DNA of 59,884 bases, counting the filler, from Barthelona sp. PAP020 (taxonomy: Eukaryota): NCBI GenBank assembly GCA_040182905.1. It is 3 parts of 3 records of this genome, joined end to end, with 100 filler letters (N's around TTAATTAATTAA, not from the genome) between each part and the next. Parts side by side here need not be neighbours in the genome. Positions count along the whole stretch, not along the records: positions 40,002 to 59,884 come from JARQWU010000201.1; 2 more parts are not named here. One strand, written 5' to 3'. Below are positions 40,002-51,049 of the stretch, piece by piece (the stretch's first letter is position 1; each line of letters opens with the position of its first letter). The notes beneath the pieces are model-generated. The model did not search any database and was not told where the DNA came from. It worked only from the letters and a program-made list of their open reading frames with translations. The position numbers and the translations under genes were made by a program.

Positions 40002-42554
40002 GATTTGTTTATTGATTTACAATTGAAACAGATGGACACATTAAGAACTTCTGTTGAAGACACAAAATATCGTTTGAAAGGCGTTTTAGTACATTCGGGA
40101 ACCATTGGTCATGGCCATTATTACACTTACATATCTACAGATAGTGGATGGTATTTATTCAATGATAATGATGTCACAATAAGCAGTTTAACAGAAGCAA
40201 CTGAACAATGTTTTGGAGAAATGAGAAGAACAAGACGTTTTGCAGGAAGTGCCTATTTTTTGATTTATGAAAAACTAAATTTGTCATTAAAAACTCACCC
40301 CAGAGTGGAGTTTCAAAGATATATTTTGCACAAAGAATTAGAAAATACTTTATTTGCATCTTCAACTCTTAGATCTATGGGTTCTGGTAAATCACTACGG
40401 GTTGAAGTTATTTTTGATGAAAATTTGATGGATAATGATGTTGAAGGATCCTTTTTAATGCATGAAAAAAGCAAAAATTTTCAGATTAATGGAGATGAAA
40501 AAGTTGAAGATGTTTTGAATTTTTTCAAACTAAATTATTATAAATTGCTTAATTTAAAATCATCGGTCATAATTAGAGTAGAGAATTATCAAAATCAATT
40601 AGATTTTCACCATAATAAAAGAAGGACAAAAAAATTAACGGAAGAGGATACAAAATGGTTGTCAGACGTGGAACAAGGTGAAATTTATTTTGAAAATTCA
40701 AATTTTGCATTAAAAAATTTGAAATTGTTGTTGGGTTTTGAAGATGCACAAAAATTATCAGATATTGTGAAAGAGGAAGAATTTTGTGAAAAAACTGAAA
40801 ATGATTCCAATGTTGATAAAGAATCTTCTGAATTTGGTGATGAAATAATGCCAAAAATTGAGTTCTGGACAATAACAGAAAGGGACCACAATTTCTATCT
40901 TTCAAATACAACTCATAATAGTAAAAAGAGTGAATATACAGGAAAAGAAAGTCAAGTTGCTGGAGATATATCTTTTAATTCTTTCATTGCTTGTAATAAT
41001 ACAAAGACTTCATTAAATCAAACGTTTTTACAAAAATTGTCGTTTATTGGTTGTGAATATTCTGACCTTTCTTCTAAAAAATTTATTCAGTTTATTGAAG
41101 AAGAAGTCAAAACAAAGAAAACAGTTGATATTGGAATTCCTCGTATTTTTGTACGTATCCATTCAAACAATAAGATTGTACAAGAACCAGCTCTTATTTT
41201 TATCAAAAAATTATCAGATAGAATGATTTATAAACGTTCTATCATAGTTGGAAAAAACTTACCTTTAAAGTATTTTATTAACGCATACTTTGCTCTAAAT
41301 AATCGTAAGAAAAGCAAAAGTAAGATTAATTACTTTTGGATGAATCAATTACTTGATGCAGATGGTAAAAGTAGATTTGTTCCAGTTAATATTTCATTGT
41401 CATTGACTGAAAATGGACTATATTCAGGTTGTATGCTGGTCTTTGCTTCAAAGGAAGAAGTTTTTCAAAGTTATTTGAATAGGGTTATTGATAAAGCCAT
41501 GGTTCAATTAATTTATATTGATAAGAATGGAAAACAGCATCCTTTTGAAGTAAAACAGTTTGATTTAAGCCAGAATTATATCACATTAGCGAAGACTGCT
41601 GCCATAATGTTGAAAAAATCTCATTTAAATGAAGAAATCTCTTTGGTAAAATGGGGGTTTGAAAATCTTCGATTTTACCGATGGTTAGTATCAATGGATG
41701 AGCCATTTTTAGGAGATTATATCAGACCCATTATTTCCATTGAAAAACGATTTTTATATTTCTTTTCATCAAAAGAAGAAATTTATCAACAACTGTTCAC
41801 CATTTTAAAGAAAAATCAATTTAAAAACCGATTATTTCACAAATTATATTTTAAACTTTCAAAACTTTCAATATTTGAAGAAAAATTATACAAAAAAGTG
41901 ATGATTTATTATTGTGATTATAGAGAAAATTCTTTAGAAGCTGAAGTTAAACCAAAAATGATTTCTGAACTGATAAACCCAGAAATTACTATTGAAAATC
42001 TGTTTTCTGTAATGATTGAGAATGGACATATCATTTTTGCAAATGAGAAAAAAGAATATTTGGTTGCAAGAACTACTCTATCTTTTGGGCACATTGTTTT
42101 GGACGAAATAGACCCTAGAATTCAAGTTAATTCCATTATATCAAAAAATAGAGCGTCTATTCGCATTGAACATCGGAAAATTGAAGATGTGGAATTCTCA
42201 AACCAAATATTGTATCTTCATATAGGTACAAGAATTCAATCAAGAAATTTTAGAGCTTCAAATTCTTTCAAATTGAATCATTATCCTGTGCCCTTTATTT
42301 TTGACAAGAAAACTACTATTGATGAAGTCAAAGAAATTGTCAAAACCAATTTTTCTTTTGTTCAAGAGTTTACTCTTAAATTGTTGATCCTTAATGGTAA
42401 ACGTTTTAGTTTAAACCCAATGAAATCCAACTTTTTTTTCCAAAATTCTTCAAGAAAAACTTTCGTTTATGTTGTTGAATTAATGGATTCACTTGTTGAT
42501 TTATCAGAGAATAATACAAATATTGATGAACTGATGATTGGTTGTGATGATTGA
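40002..42554 (+). CDS. Ubiquitin-specific protease (USP7-like), 5'-truncated by the gap
   Basis: His box YRLKGVLVHSGTIGHGHYYTYI...WYLFNDNDV...SAYFLIYEK at the gap edge, followed by a long region resembling USP7 UBL repeats. The Cys box is missing (upstream of the gap). Confidence 0.75.
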   Translation, partial: DLFIDLQLKQMDTLRTSVEDTKYRLKGVLVHSGTIGHGHYYTYISTDSGWYLFNDNDVTISSLTEATEQCFGEMRRTRRFAGSAYFLIYEKLNLSLKTHPRVEFQRYILHKELENTLFASSTLRSMGSGKSLRVEVIFDENLMDNDVEGSFLMHEKSKNFQINGDEKVEDVLNFFKLNYYKLLNLKSSVIIRVENYQNQLDFHHNKRRTKKLTEEDTKWLSDVEQGEIYFENSNFALKNLKLLLGFEDAQKLSDIVKEEEFCEKTENDSNVDKESSEFGDEIMPKIEFWTITERDHNFYLSNTTHNSKKSEYTGKESQVAGDISFNSFIACNNTKTSLNQTFLQKLSFIGCEYSDLSSKKFIQFIEEEVKTKKTVDIGIPRIFVRIHSNNKIVQEPALIFIKKLSDRMIYKRSIIVGKNLPLKYFINAYFALNNRKKSKSKINYFWMNQLLDADGKSRFVPVNISLSLTENGLYSGCMLVFASKEEVFQSYLNRVIDKAMVQLIYIDKNGKQHPFEVKQFDLSQNYITLAKTAAIMLKKSHLNEEISLVKWGFENLRFYRWLVSMDEPFLGDYIRPIISIEKRFLYFFSSKEEIYQQLFTILKKNQFKNRLFHKLYFKLSKLSIFEEKLYKKVMIYYCDYRENSLEAEVKPKMISELINPEITIENLFSVMIENGHIIFANEKKEYLVARTTLSFGHIVLDEIDPRIQVNSIISKNRASIRIEHRKIEDVEFSNQILYLHIGTRIQSRNFRASNSFKLNHYPVPFIFDKKTTIDEVKEIVKTNFSFVQEFTLKLLILNGKRFSLNPMKSNFFFQNSSRKTFVYVVELMDSLVDLSENNTNIDELMIGCDD

Positions 42555-42816
42555 TTGTTTTTGTTGTTATTTTCTCTTTTTTATTGTAAACATTTTTGTA
42601 TATGTCCATATATTCATGTATTATATGGTGTGCTATTTTTTATTATTGTCTTCTTGTTGGGATTTTTGGATTTTCTAAGAAAGCCTTTTTGTTTTTTGAA
42701 AGATTTATGTAATCCATGTTTTTCTGCTCATAATTGATGAGCAAAATGCATTTTTATTTGAAAAGGAAGATGATTTATAATTCAATAAATTTGTAGTTTT
42801 TTTTAATATTGATACA

Positions 42817-43623
42817 ATGGGTAATCGAAGAAAAAAACGCATTAATTCAGCAATATATGTTTCAAATTTACCTTTAAATGTAACGGAAGAAGAGTTAATT
42901 GAACTATTTTCGATAGCTGGTGTTATTTTACCCGATATAAAGACACACAAGCCAAAAGTTAAATTATATAGAGATGATCAAAACAATTTCAAAGGTGATG
43001 CTTTGATTATTTATGTTATGCCTGATAGTGTTGAAATAGCAAAATTAAGATTTGACCAAACATATTTTCCAAACAGTTCAAATAAAATAGATGTTGATAT
43101 TGCCAGTTTTGATCATAAAAAGGATAAAAGAAGTGAAGATAGCTCTGATAAAAAAATCACTCAGCAAGAAAGAAGATTACACAAAAAAATTTTGGATAAT
43201 TTGTTTTCTTATGATAATCATACATATAACCCTTTGGAAACTACCTTAGTTATTGAAGGATTGATCAAAGAAGAAGATGTTTTGAATAATTTGAGTTTTG
43301 AAGAGGAACTTCAAACGGAATTATTTGACAAGTATTCATTGTTTGGTGATTTAAGAAAAATAAAGTTACATATTAATCATCCAAAGAAAATGGTTACTTG
43401 TGAATATTCAAACCCAGACAGTGCAAAAGCATTAATGACAGCTTTGTTGAAGGAAAATAAAGATTTAAAGGTTGAATTTTGGGATGGTACGGAATTTGAA
43501 CAAGAAATGGAAGAAGAGGTTGGTTTATTAGATGCTGAAAAGGAAGAAGAAGATCGTTTAAAAAGATATGCCGAACAAATAGAACAATATGGTGATGAAT
43601 CTCTCAAGAAGACTCCTTTATAA
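42817..43623 (+). CDS. HTATSF1: Tat-SF1/Cus2 U2 snRNP-associated splicing factor (RRM + UHM)
   Basis: AIYVSNLPLNVT...GVILPD...KVKLYRDDQNNFKGDALIIY...SVEIA; a second UHM-type domain ending VEFWDG; EEEDRLKRY. Confidence 0.9.
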   Translation: MGNRRKKRINSAIYVSNLPLNVTEEELIELFSIAGVILPDIKTHKPKVKLYRDDQNNFKGDALIIYVMPDSVEIAKLRFDQTYFPNSSNKIDVDIASFDHKKDKRSEDSSDKKITQQERRLHKKILDNLFSYDNHTYNPLETTLVIEGLIKEEDVLNNLSFEEELQTELFDKYSLFGDLRKIKLHINHPKKMVTCEYSNPDSAKALMTALLKENKDLKVEFWDGTEFEQEMEEEVGLLDAEKEEEDRLKRYAEQIEQYGDESLKKTPL

Positions 43624-43874
43624 ATTTGTTGTTTTTTCATTTTCACAGTTTTCATTAAAATCATAACTAATATTATGTTTGATTTATCTAAAGAATGAGG
43701 AAGAAGTTTCCTCTTGGAAAGAATGAAAAATGAAAATTTGTTGAATAATTGTTCAAAAATCCGTTGTTTTAATTGATTTCATTTCCCTTTACATTAGAGA
43801 AATTTATTTTATTCCAATAAAAAATTAATTTTCAACTTCAGAAATTCAAACACAGATTTTTCTTTTGTTGCAAA

Positions 43875-46493
43875 ATGAGTTCAGAAAATATTCCTGAGTG
43901 GAAAAAGAAATTAATGGAGAAACGGGCAGCCAATGCAACTGCTCAAAGAGGTATTGCAACTGGTATGTCACCTTCAACTATGGTTTCCAAGCCTAAGGAA
44001 AAAGTTGAAAACACAATGATGAATGCTTCAAATAATGTAGCGAAAACAACCGTTGATGAACCTATTATTCAAAACGTTTCTGATCAATCAAATTTTTCTA
44101 CCATTACTGGAACCACCAGACCAATTATGGGTACTTTAATGGGAGGAACATCATTACGTGAGACTCATTCTTCAAACGATGCGATCAATTCTTTAAGTAA
44201 CAGCGAAAACATTGGAAATGGCATGGAAGGCTTGATCACTATGGTGAATAAATTACAGGATGCATTTGCAACCATTGGATTGACCTCGGTGGATTTACCC
44301 CAAATTGCTGTTATTGGTTGCCAATCTGCAGGTAAATCTTCGGTTTTAGAGAATATTGTTGGTCGTGATTTCTTGCCTCGTGGTGCAGGTATTTGTACTC
44401 GTAGACCCTTGATTTTACAATTGATTAGAGATACTACTGCTTTGCAGGAGTATGGTATTTTTTTACACACTGATCAAAAGTTCTATGATTTTGAAGCTAT
44501 CAAACAAGAAATTGTTCGAGAAACAGATAGAGTGACTGGAAATTCAAAAAATGTATCTCCCATCCCCATTAACTTAAAAATCTACTCTCCTCATGTATTG
44601 AATCTTACTTTGGTCGATCTTCCTGGTCTTACTAAGGTTCCTGTTGCCGGTCAATCCAAAGAGGCTGTAACTCAAATTAAGGACATGGTTATGAATATTG
44701 CTCGTCGTGCCAATACCATTCTTTTGGCTGTAACTCCTGCAACTGGTGATTTAGCCAATTCAGATTCTCTTGAAGCTGCACGTGATGTTGATCCTCAGTC
44801 TAAACGTACAATTTCAGTTATGACCAAGTTAGATTTGATGGATGATGGCACTGATGCACTTGATATTCTTGAAGGAAGAGTTTACAAGAATATGACATTT
44901 GTTGGTGTTGTTAATAGATCACAAAGAGACATTGAAAGCAATCGTGACATTCGTTCTGCCCTTTCAGCCGAAAAGGATTATTTTGATACTCATCCTGTTT
45001 ATCATCGTGTTGCTCATCGTATGGGTACACAATTTTTGGCACAAAAGCTTAACATTATGTTAATCAACCACATTAAAAATACATTGCCTGAAATCAGACG
45101 TACCGTTGCTACTCGTCTTACTGAAGCTGAACGAGAATTAGGTGCCTTGGGAACAGATGATTCTGAAATGGGCAGAAGACAATTGGCTTTTGGTATGTTG
45201 CAAAACTTTTCAAAACTCTATATTTCCATTTTAGATGGTGCAGACGCTGATGAGTTGGACAGAGTTGCAGATGGACCTCATAAATTTGAAGATAATATCC
45301 TCGCTGGTGCTATTATTAAAAAGCTTCTCACAAAAACATTAACTCAAGAAATTCAATTGGCTGATATCACAATGCAATTGAGTGATGAAGCAATTTTAAG
45401 ATACATTCAGAACGCATCAGGTGCTCAGGACCGATTCTCTGTTCCCCAAGAGGCTTTTACCGCGCCAATTAAGGTTGGTATCAGTCAGTTAATTAATCCA
45501 TGTCTCGATATTGTTGATTCAGTGGCAAAAGAATTGCTTAAACTTGTAAAGAATACATCTTCTCGTATTAAAGAATTGGAAATCTTCCCACAACTTGAAA
45601 CAAGACTTTCATCTGTCGCAACCATGATGATTGAAGATCATATTGCTCCTACAAGGAAATTTGTCAAGGATTTGGTTGAAATGGAATTGGCTTACATTCA
45701 ATTAGGAACTTTGCGCAAGCAAAAGAACAACGTTGAAGTAAGCAAAGGATTATTGCTTGAAGGATTTATCCTTAAGAAATCTGGTGGCAAATGGGGGTTG
45801 CGTTTTGGTAAGAAAACCTCCAGTTATGAGCGTAGATGGTTTGTTTTAAAGTCTCAAACCCTGTTCTATTTTGATAATCCAGAATCAACCACTCCTTTAG
45901 GAGTTTTACCCTTGGAGGGTTTGAATTTGAGAACAGCTGCAGAAGTTGCCACCCAAGATATGGTTATTCCAGACACAAATAATTGGGATGAAATGAGACT
46001 TGCCGCTTACAAAGCTGAGAGAGAAAAACTTCAAAGTGAAGCTGTTGAAACTTTTGGTGAACACTACATTCATTTGAGCCATCCCAATGGAAGAACCATT
46101 TTGCATGACAGAGAATTTTTGGAAATTCGTTGTGAAACCCCTGAAGATTATGTCATTTGGTTAGAAGCATTGAAAACAGCGACCAGAGGTGAAGATAAAC
46201 AGGAAGAAAATGATATTGAATTGGTTAGACGTGTTGTTACACAGTATATTCATAATTGTATGGCTTCTTTGGTAACACAAATTCCCAAAGCCGTCATGTT
46301 AAATTTGGTCAATCCTGTGAAGCAATTGATGGAAAGAAATTTAATGGCTCAAATATATGACGAAAAATTAATCAGTGAAATTTTGGCTGAAGACCCTGCT
46401 GTAAAAGAAAGACGTCAACAAATTAGGTTGTCTGTAAAATTATTAAAAGAAGTAAATGAAACATTGAAAGAGTTTCAAAAAGAATCAAATTGA
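43875..46493 (+). CDS. Dynamin with GTPase, middle, PH and GED domains
   Basis: LPQIAVIGCQSAGKSSVLE, FLPRGAGICTRRP, DLPG, TKLD; PH domain LEGFILKKSG...RRWFVLKSQTLFYF...PLGVLPL...WLEALK; GED IPKAVMLNLV...EDPAVKERR. Confidence 0.95.
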   Translation: MSSENIPEWKKKLMEKRAANATAQRGIATGMSPSTMVSKPKEKVENTMMNASNNVAKTTVDEPIIQNVSDQSNFSTITGTTRPIMGTLMGGTSLRETHSSNDAINSLSNSENIGNGMEGLITMVNKLQDAFATIGLTSVDLPQIAVIGCQSAGKSSVLENIVGRDFLPRGAGICTRRPLILQLIRDTTALQEYGIFLHTDQKFYDFEAIKQEIVRETDRVTGNSKNVSPIPINLKIYSPHVLNLTLVDLPGLTKVPVAGQSKEAVTQIKDMVMNIARRANTILLAVTPATGDLANSDSLEAARDVDPQSKRTISVMTKLDLMDDGTDALDILEGRVYKNMTFVGVVNRSQRDIESNRDIRSALSAEKDYFDTHPVYHRVAHRMGTQFLAQKLNIMLINHIKNTLPEIRRTVATRLTEAERELGALGTDDSEMGRRQLAFGMLQNFSKLYISILDGADADELDRVADGPHKFEDNILAGAIIKKLLTKTLTQEIQLADITMQLSDEAILRYIQNASGAQDRFSVPQEAFTAPIKVGISQLINPCLDIVDSVAKELLKLVKNTSSRIKELEIFPQLETRLSSVATMMIEDHIAPTRKFVKDLVEMELAYIQLGTLRKQKNNVEVSKGLLLEGFILKKSGGKWGLRFGKKTSSYERRWFVLKSQTLFYFDNPESTTPLGVLPLEGLNLRTAAEVATQDMVIPDTNNWDEMRLAAYKAEREKLQSEAVETFGEHYIHLSHPNGRTILHDREFLEIRCETPEDYVIWLEALKTATRGEDKQEENDIELVRRVVTQYIHNCMASLVTQIPKAVMLNLVNPVKQLMERNLMAQIYDEKLISEILAEDPAVKERRQQIRLSVKLLKEVNETLKEFQKESN

Positions 46494-46847
46494 TTCTTTT
46501 ATTTAAGTAAATAGTTTAAATCATAATTTTTTTTTTCACAACTTTTTTTTTCTTTCCCCACACGACCCACTAAAATGAATGAGTTTCCATGGGTCAAGAC
46601 ATAAAAATTGAACTCGAAGTGTTTTGAAAACTAGGCAGGAATATCTTCATCCAAATACAATATTCCTTTCAATAGTGCAATTCAATATTTTAATCACAAA
46701 TCTACATCTAAAAGAATATTAAGGACATGTGGGAATCCACATGTTTTTCAAAGAAGTTAAGAGTGGACATTTTACATCTGTCTTATTAACAAAAGATCAA
46801 AAAAAAAATGAAGAAATGAGTAAAATTTTATAATTCACCAAAAAGAA

Positions 46848-47273
46848 TTACTTTTTTTTATTTAAACTTTCTAAAACACGTTTTTCAAATCCATTGGAAC
46901 GATCAACACCATCCCAGCGACGTCCAGGTCGAATGTTAAATCTATTCATTGGAAAAGCTTTCAAATAAAGTGGTATTTGAATATTAGGTCTAAAAGGATG
47001 TGTGATTGTGGTTGATTGAACAACATCAGAATTATCTTTCGAATTTCCGTTTGAAAAATGAACATTATTATTATCTTCACGACTCTTCTGCCTCTCAATT
47101 ATTTTTGAATGATCAACCAAAGGATCATCCCACAAAATTTTTTCTTTCAACACATCTTGATTTGGATTAATTAATGCTTGTGAGTCTTTTTGGTCTGGAA
47201 AAGATTCATCATCAATAATTGGCTCTCTTTTGCGATGAGAATTATTCAAAAGAGAAGTACTATTTGAATTCAT
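46848..47273 (-). CDS. BUD13: Bud13/Cwc26 RES-complex splicing factor (short form)
   Basis: WDDPL and [23 protein letters not shown]-terminal signature. Confidence 0.9.
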   Translation of the reverse strand: MNSNSTSLLNNSHRKREPIIDDESFPDQKDSQALINPNQDVLKEKILWDDPLVDHSKIIERQKSREDNNNVHFSNGNSKDNSDVVQSTTITHPFRPNIQIPLYLKAFPMNRFNIRPGRRWDGVDRSNGFEKRVLESLNKKK

Positions 47274-47427
47274 TTCATCTTATCAACAAAAATGTTTTCT
47301 GAAATTGTGCACATTTTCTTTTTCAAACACCCTTTTTTTATTTATAGTAGTGTTAAATGAAAGCTAAAAACAAACTAATAAGCAAAAAAAAAAAATAAAC
47401 AATATCCATTTACAAATTAAAAGTGCA

Positions 47428-48444
47428 TCAATCGAAATCAGTTCCAGTTTTTTGAATAATATAGGAGGCAGCTTGATGACCTAATTGTACACACTCTTCC
47501 AAAGAACCATTTTCAATCAATTTTGACAAGAATCCACCTGTAAAAGAATCACCGGCCCCATTAGTGTCAACAATTTTTTCAATATCAATAGCATTTACAG
47601 GAAATTCAAAAACATCCAATCCTCTGCATACAATTGTGTCTTTCACTCCTTGCGTAACAATTACAAATCTATCACCTTGAAAAGCCTTTGGTAAATTTGA
47701 AATTCTTTGAGAAATTTGCTTTATGGAAGTTATTTTCCAATTTTGTGCTTTGGCAAAAGCCAACACCTCAGATTCATTTCCAAAAAGATATTGAGTGTAA
47801 GGCAATAAATTCATTAAAGCTTGCAAATATTGGGGAACTTCAAGAATATATTCTGCAGCAAGATTTAAAGAAAAGATTGATTCATATTGTAGAGTTGAAC
47901 GAGCAATGTTCAATAAAGAATCTGCTGAATGAACTAAAACATATCCTGTTGTGTAAATGATTTTTGCATTTGTAAAAAGGTTAGTTCTTTGTAAATGTTG
48001 CAAATAATTTGCCGATAGATGTTCTGAAGCACCCAAAAAAGCAACAAGACTTCTTTCATTTTCATTTATTAAAGCGGCACATTGTCCAGTAGAGAAATCA
48101 TTCAAAATTTCATAAAAACATTTTGTTCCATTTTTTGAAACTACAGAAGTTAAAGTCTGTCCACTAAAATCTGAACCAACAGCCCCAACAATAGCTGTCG
48201 CACTTGGAATTTTTAGTAACCATTGAGCACATCTCATTGTATTTTGAGCAGAACCTCCTCCAACAAAAATTGGATCATAACTCAAAATCTCATTAAACAA
48301 TGGTAAATGCTTAACTTCAGCCAAAATTGCCTTCGATTTGGTGAGGGAATATTTTTCCAAAAGTTCAAGATTTTCAAGATTGACAGAAATATCAAGAAGT
48401 GGATTTCCAATCGCTACAATCATTGAACTGTTTTTTCCAGTCAT
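47428..48444 (-). CDS. ADK: Adenosine kinase (PfkB family)
   Basis: GNPLLDIS, GGSAQNTMRCAQW, TGQCAALI..ERSLVA, FGNESE, VTQG, DTNGAGDSFTGGF. Confidence 0.95.
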   Translation of the reverse strand: MTGKNSSMIVAIGNPLLDISVNLENLELLEKYSLTKSKAILAEVKHLPLFNEILSYDPIFVGGGSAQNTMRCAQWLLKIPSATAIVGAVGSDFSGQTLTSVVSKNGTKCFYEILNDFSTGQCAALINENERSLVAFLGASEHLSANYLQHLQRTNLFTNAKIIYTTGYVLVHSADSLLNIARSTLQYESIFSLNLAAEYILEVPQYLQALMNLLPYTQYLFGNESEVLAFAKAQNWKITSIKQISQRISNLPKAFQGDRFVIVTQGVKDTIVCRGLDVFEFPVNAIDIEKIVDTNGAGDSFTGGFLSKLIENGSLEECVQLGHQAASYIIQKTGTDFD

Positions 48445-48679
48445 TATTTCAATCAAATTGTTTGTTTTGATGTAAAATCTATTTTTTTAAAATTATTTGT
48501 TGAAGATGTTGATCTCCTTGCATTAAATGTATCTCCACAAAAAAATCGAGTTAATTTGTCAATTCTATTAACATTATACAATAGAAAGATCATTTTTCTT
48601 TGATTGCTTTCAATGAAAATAAAAAATTACAGTTTTTTAAAACTTGTGTGTGATAAAAATATTTACATTTTAGTATGGG

Positions 48680-51049
48680 TCAAAAGCTATCTTTTAACTG
48701 ATAAAACAAAACATACGCTGCTTCTGTGACAATATCATTTGTTGAAGAGACTAGACTATCATTAAATTCATACCATTGATTATCAATTGAATTCTTTGCA
48801 ATGCCAATATAATGACCATCAGATAAGGTGCCACCATGTTGAATGACTCCAAACAAATCATATTTAAAGTTATTATTCAATTTAGTGGCAATATCAGCAA
48901 CAAAAGGCTCCATATCTAATTCTTTAATAGGAAAGTCAACAAGCAAAGTATTTTTAGAAATCAATTTTGTAAATCGCTTCAAATGTATTATCAATACCTT
49001 AGGCAATCTGAAAATATAAGTTGAAATGAAAGCTGGCACAAGCTTTGAACATTTTGGACAAAGCCAAAGGTTATTTTCATCCAATTGAATTCTTTGAGAG
49101 TTAAAAAGCAAACATTCATGCAAAGAAATGGAAGGGCTAAAGTTTTCTTGAATATTTCCATTGACTGCTTCAAAAATGGATTGATCTTTCTCCAAAACAT
49201 CAAAATATTCTCCAATTTCATCAAAATCAGAGCTCTGCCAAATAACCTTAATAACCCTGTTATTGTCAGAAAATTTATCAAAATTGACCATGTTAGAAGG
49301 AATAGCTTTCTTAAACATGCCAGATTCATTCAATATTTCTAAATTTGTTTTGTTTGTTGCCTTTAAAATCATTATAGGTTTTCCAACAGGTTTGGTGGAT
49401 ACTTGATATCTAAATCTTCTGTCTTTTACAAAGTTAACAAAAAAGGAAATTTGAGAAACATCCACGTTTTCTTCAACCTCAAATATCAAAAGATGGTCTT
49501 TCCTGTCAAACATATCTTTTTTATTGACGATTATTGGAATTGAAGAATTGTGTCTTTTGGTAACCATCAAACCGTTCTGAAAACCAATTTTTTCTTTCAA
49601 TGTATTAAATATTTCACCAAAAGACATCTCATCATTCAATAAAACACCATGACGTTCCATAGGCTTTGCTCGATTGGAGGAAACAAAATAAATATCACGC
49701 CTGGTGCTTTTTGGAGGGATAGGAATCGTGAGAAATCTCAACATTGAATACATTTTGGAAATATAACCACATTTAGGACATTCAAATTTTTGCTGCTGTT
49801 GAAATTCAAAAACATCTTGAACTATTGAGTTTTCTCTTTGTCGAGATTTTTCAAATTCGAAGGTGGACCTCTCTAAATCATCCAATATATTTTCATTAAT
49901 CTGATTTAATGAAGGTTTAGGATAAATTCGAGTCAAATCTTCATTTAATTTGTCCAATATATATGCCAATAATTCATGACTATCTTCTTGACGATTCCCA
50001 ACGAAATGTTCACCGTTAGCTAAGGCATCTTTAAGATACTTTGGAACCACAACTGCTTTTCCTTTAATCCAAATTTCATCATAGAATTTCGCCATTGCTT
50101 TAGCAATACAACAATCTTTTGATGCTAAAGTATTCTGAGGAGTTAAATCCTGTTGATATTGTGCTCCCAAAAAATAGTTTCGCAACAATATGGTGTTGGA
50201 CAAGCATTGCAAAGCAGCATTCATGTAACAAGAGTTTCCAAGATTTCTTAATCCTGAAACGCCTTTAAGAACAGACTTTTGGCTCCCGTTGAATTTAGTT
50301 AGATATCTCCCATAATTTTCAAACGATGATGAAAAATGTGTATGATGATTCAAAGATACCCTGTTTTGATGTGAACTTAGAAGCACTTTATCTTGATCAT
50401 TTTTAGTCAAAGAGAGCTTATTTCGTTGAATAGATTTGACAATCGTCACTACAGTATCATTACCAAACGAACCCAAATCTATCAATTGCTTTCGCTTTAA
50501 TTCTGGACTCAACGTCTTGGATACTGCATTAGGAAATGTTATTATTACCTTATAATCATCCTTACATTTATTATCAATGTCGAATAAATCCATTACACTC
50601 AAACGAAAATTTTCAACAAGGGAATATCTTGAAGTGACAAAGTTTTTAAACTTTGCATCATTATTTTCTGTAATGTCAAGCTTTACCAGTAACTTCAGTG
50701 GATTAACTTCAACAATTGGATTCTTTCTGTATGTAACACATTTTCTGCATAATAAATCATTTTCTTTACATTTAAATATATTATATAATACATTCCAAGT
50801 ATCTTTAGACAGAAAATAGAAATCAACATATTGTTGACCAAATATTCTCCCTTCTACATCTCTTTTAATGGAAGAATTATCGATTTTTCCAGGAAGTTCT
50901 AAACATTTACCCCCAATATATTCATCAAACTTCCGAAACCATGACAATGACAACAAATAATAATCTTCATCTTTTTGTAACATCATTTCATCAATATCTC
51001 GTTGAATTTTCGCATGAATACTCTTTAAATCCTCTTGAGTTGTATCCAT
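48680..51049 (-). CDS. DUSP-domain ubiquitin-specific protease (USP4/11/15-like)
   Basis: DUSP domain (YYLLSLSWF, PGKIDNS), Cys box GLRNLGNSCYMNAALQCL, QEDSHELL, two CxxC motifs, LPKVLIIHLKRF, His box HGGTLSDGHY, AYVLFY. Confidence 0.93.
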   Translation of the reverse strand: MDTTQEDLKSIHAKIQRDIDEMMLQKDEDYYLLSLSWFRKFDEYIGGKCLELPGKIDNSSIKRDVEGRIFGQQYVDFYFLSKDTWNVLYNIFKCKENDLLCRKCVTYRKNPIVEVNPLKLLVKLDITENNDAKFKNFVTSRYSLVENFRLSVMDLFDIDNKCKDDYKVIITFPNAVSKTLSPELKRKQLIDLGSFGNDTVVTIVKSIQRNKLSLTKNDQDKVLLSSHQNRVSLNHHTHFSSSFENYGRYLTKFNGSQKSVLKGVSGLRNLGNSCYMNAALQCLSNTILLRNYFLGAQYQQDLTPQNTLASKDCCIAKAMAKFYDEIWIKGKAVVVPKYLKDALANGEHFVGNRQEDSHELLAYILDKLNEDLTRIYPKPSLNQINENILDDLERSTFEFEKSRQRENSIVQDVFEFQQQQKFECPKCGYISKMYSMLRFLTIPIPPKSTRRDIYFVSSNRAKPMERHGVLLNDEMSFGEIFNTLKEKIGFQNGLMVTKRHNSSIPIIVNKKDMFDRKDHLLIFEVEENVDVSQISFFVNFVKDRRFRYQVSTKPVGKPIMILKATNKTNLEILNESGMFKKAIPSNMVNFDKFSDNNRVIKVIWQSSDFDEIGEYFDVLEKDQSIFEAVNGNIQENFSPSISLHECLLFNSQRIQLDENNLWLCPKCSKLVPAFISTYIFRLPKVLIIHLKRFTKLISKNTLLVDFPIKELDMEPFVADIATKLNNNFKYDLFGVIQHGGTLSDGHYIGIAKNSIDNQWYEFNDSLVSSTNDIVTEAAYVLFYQLKDSF

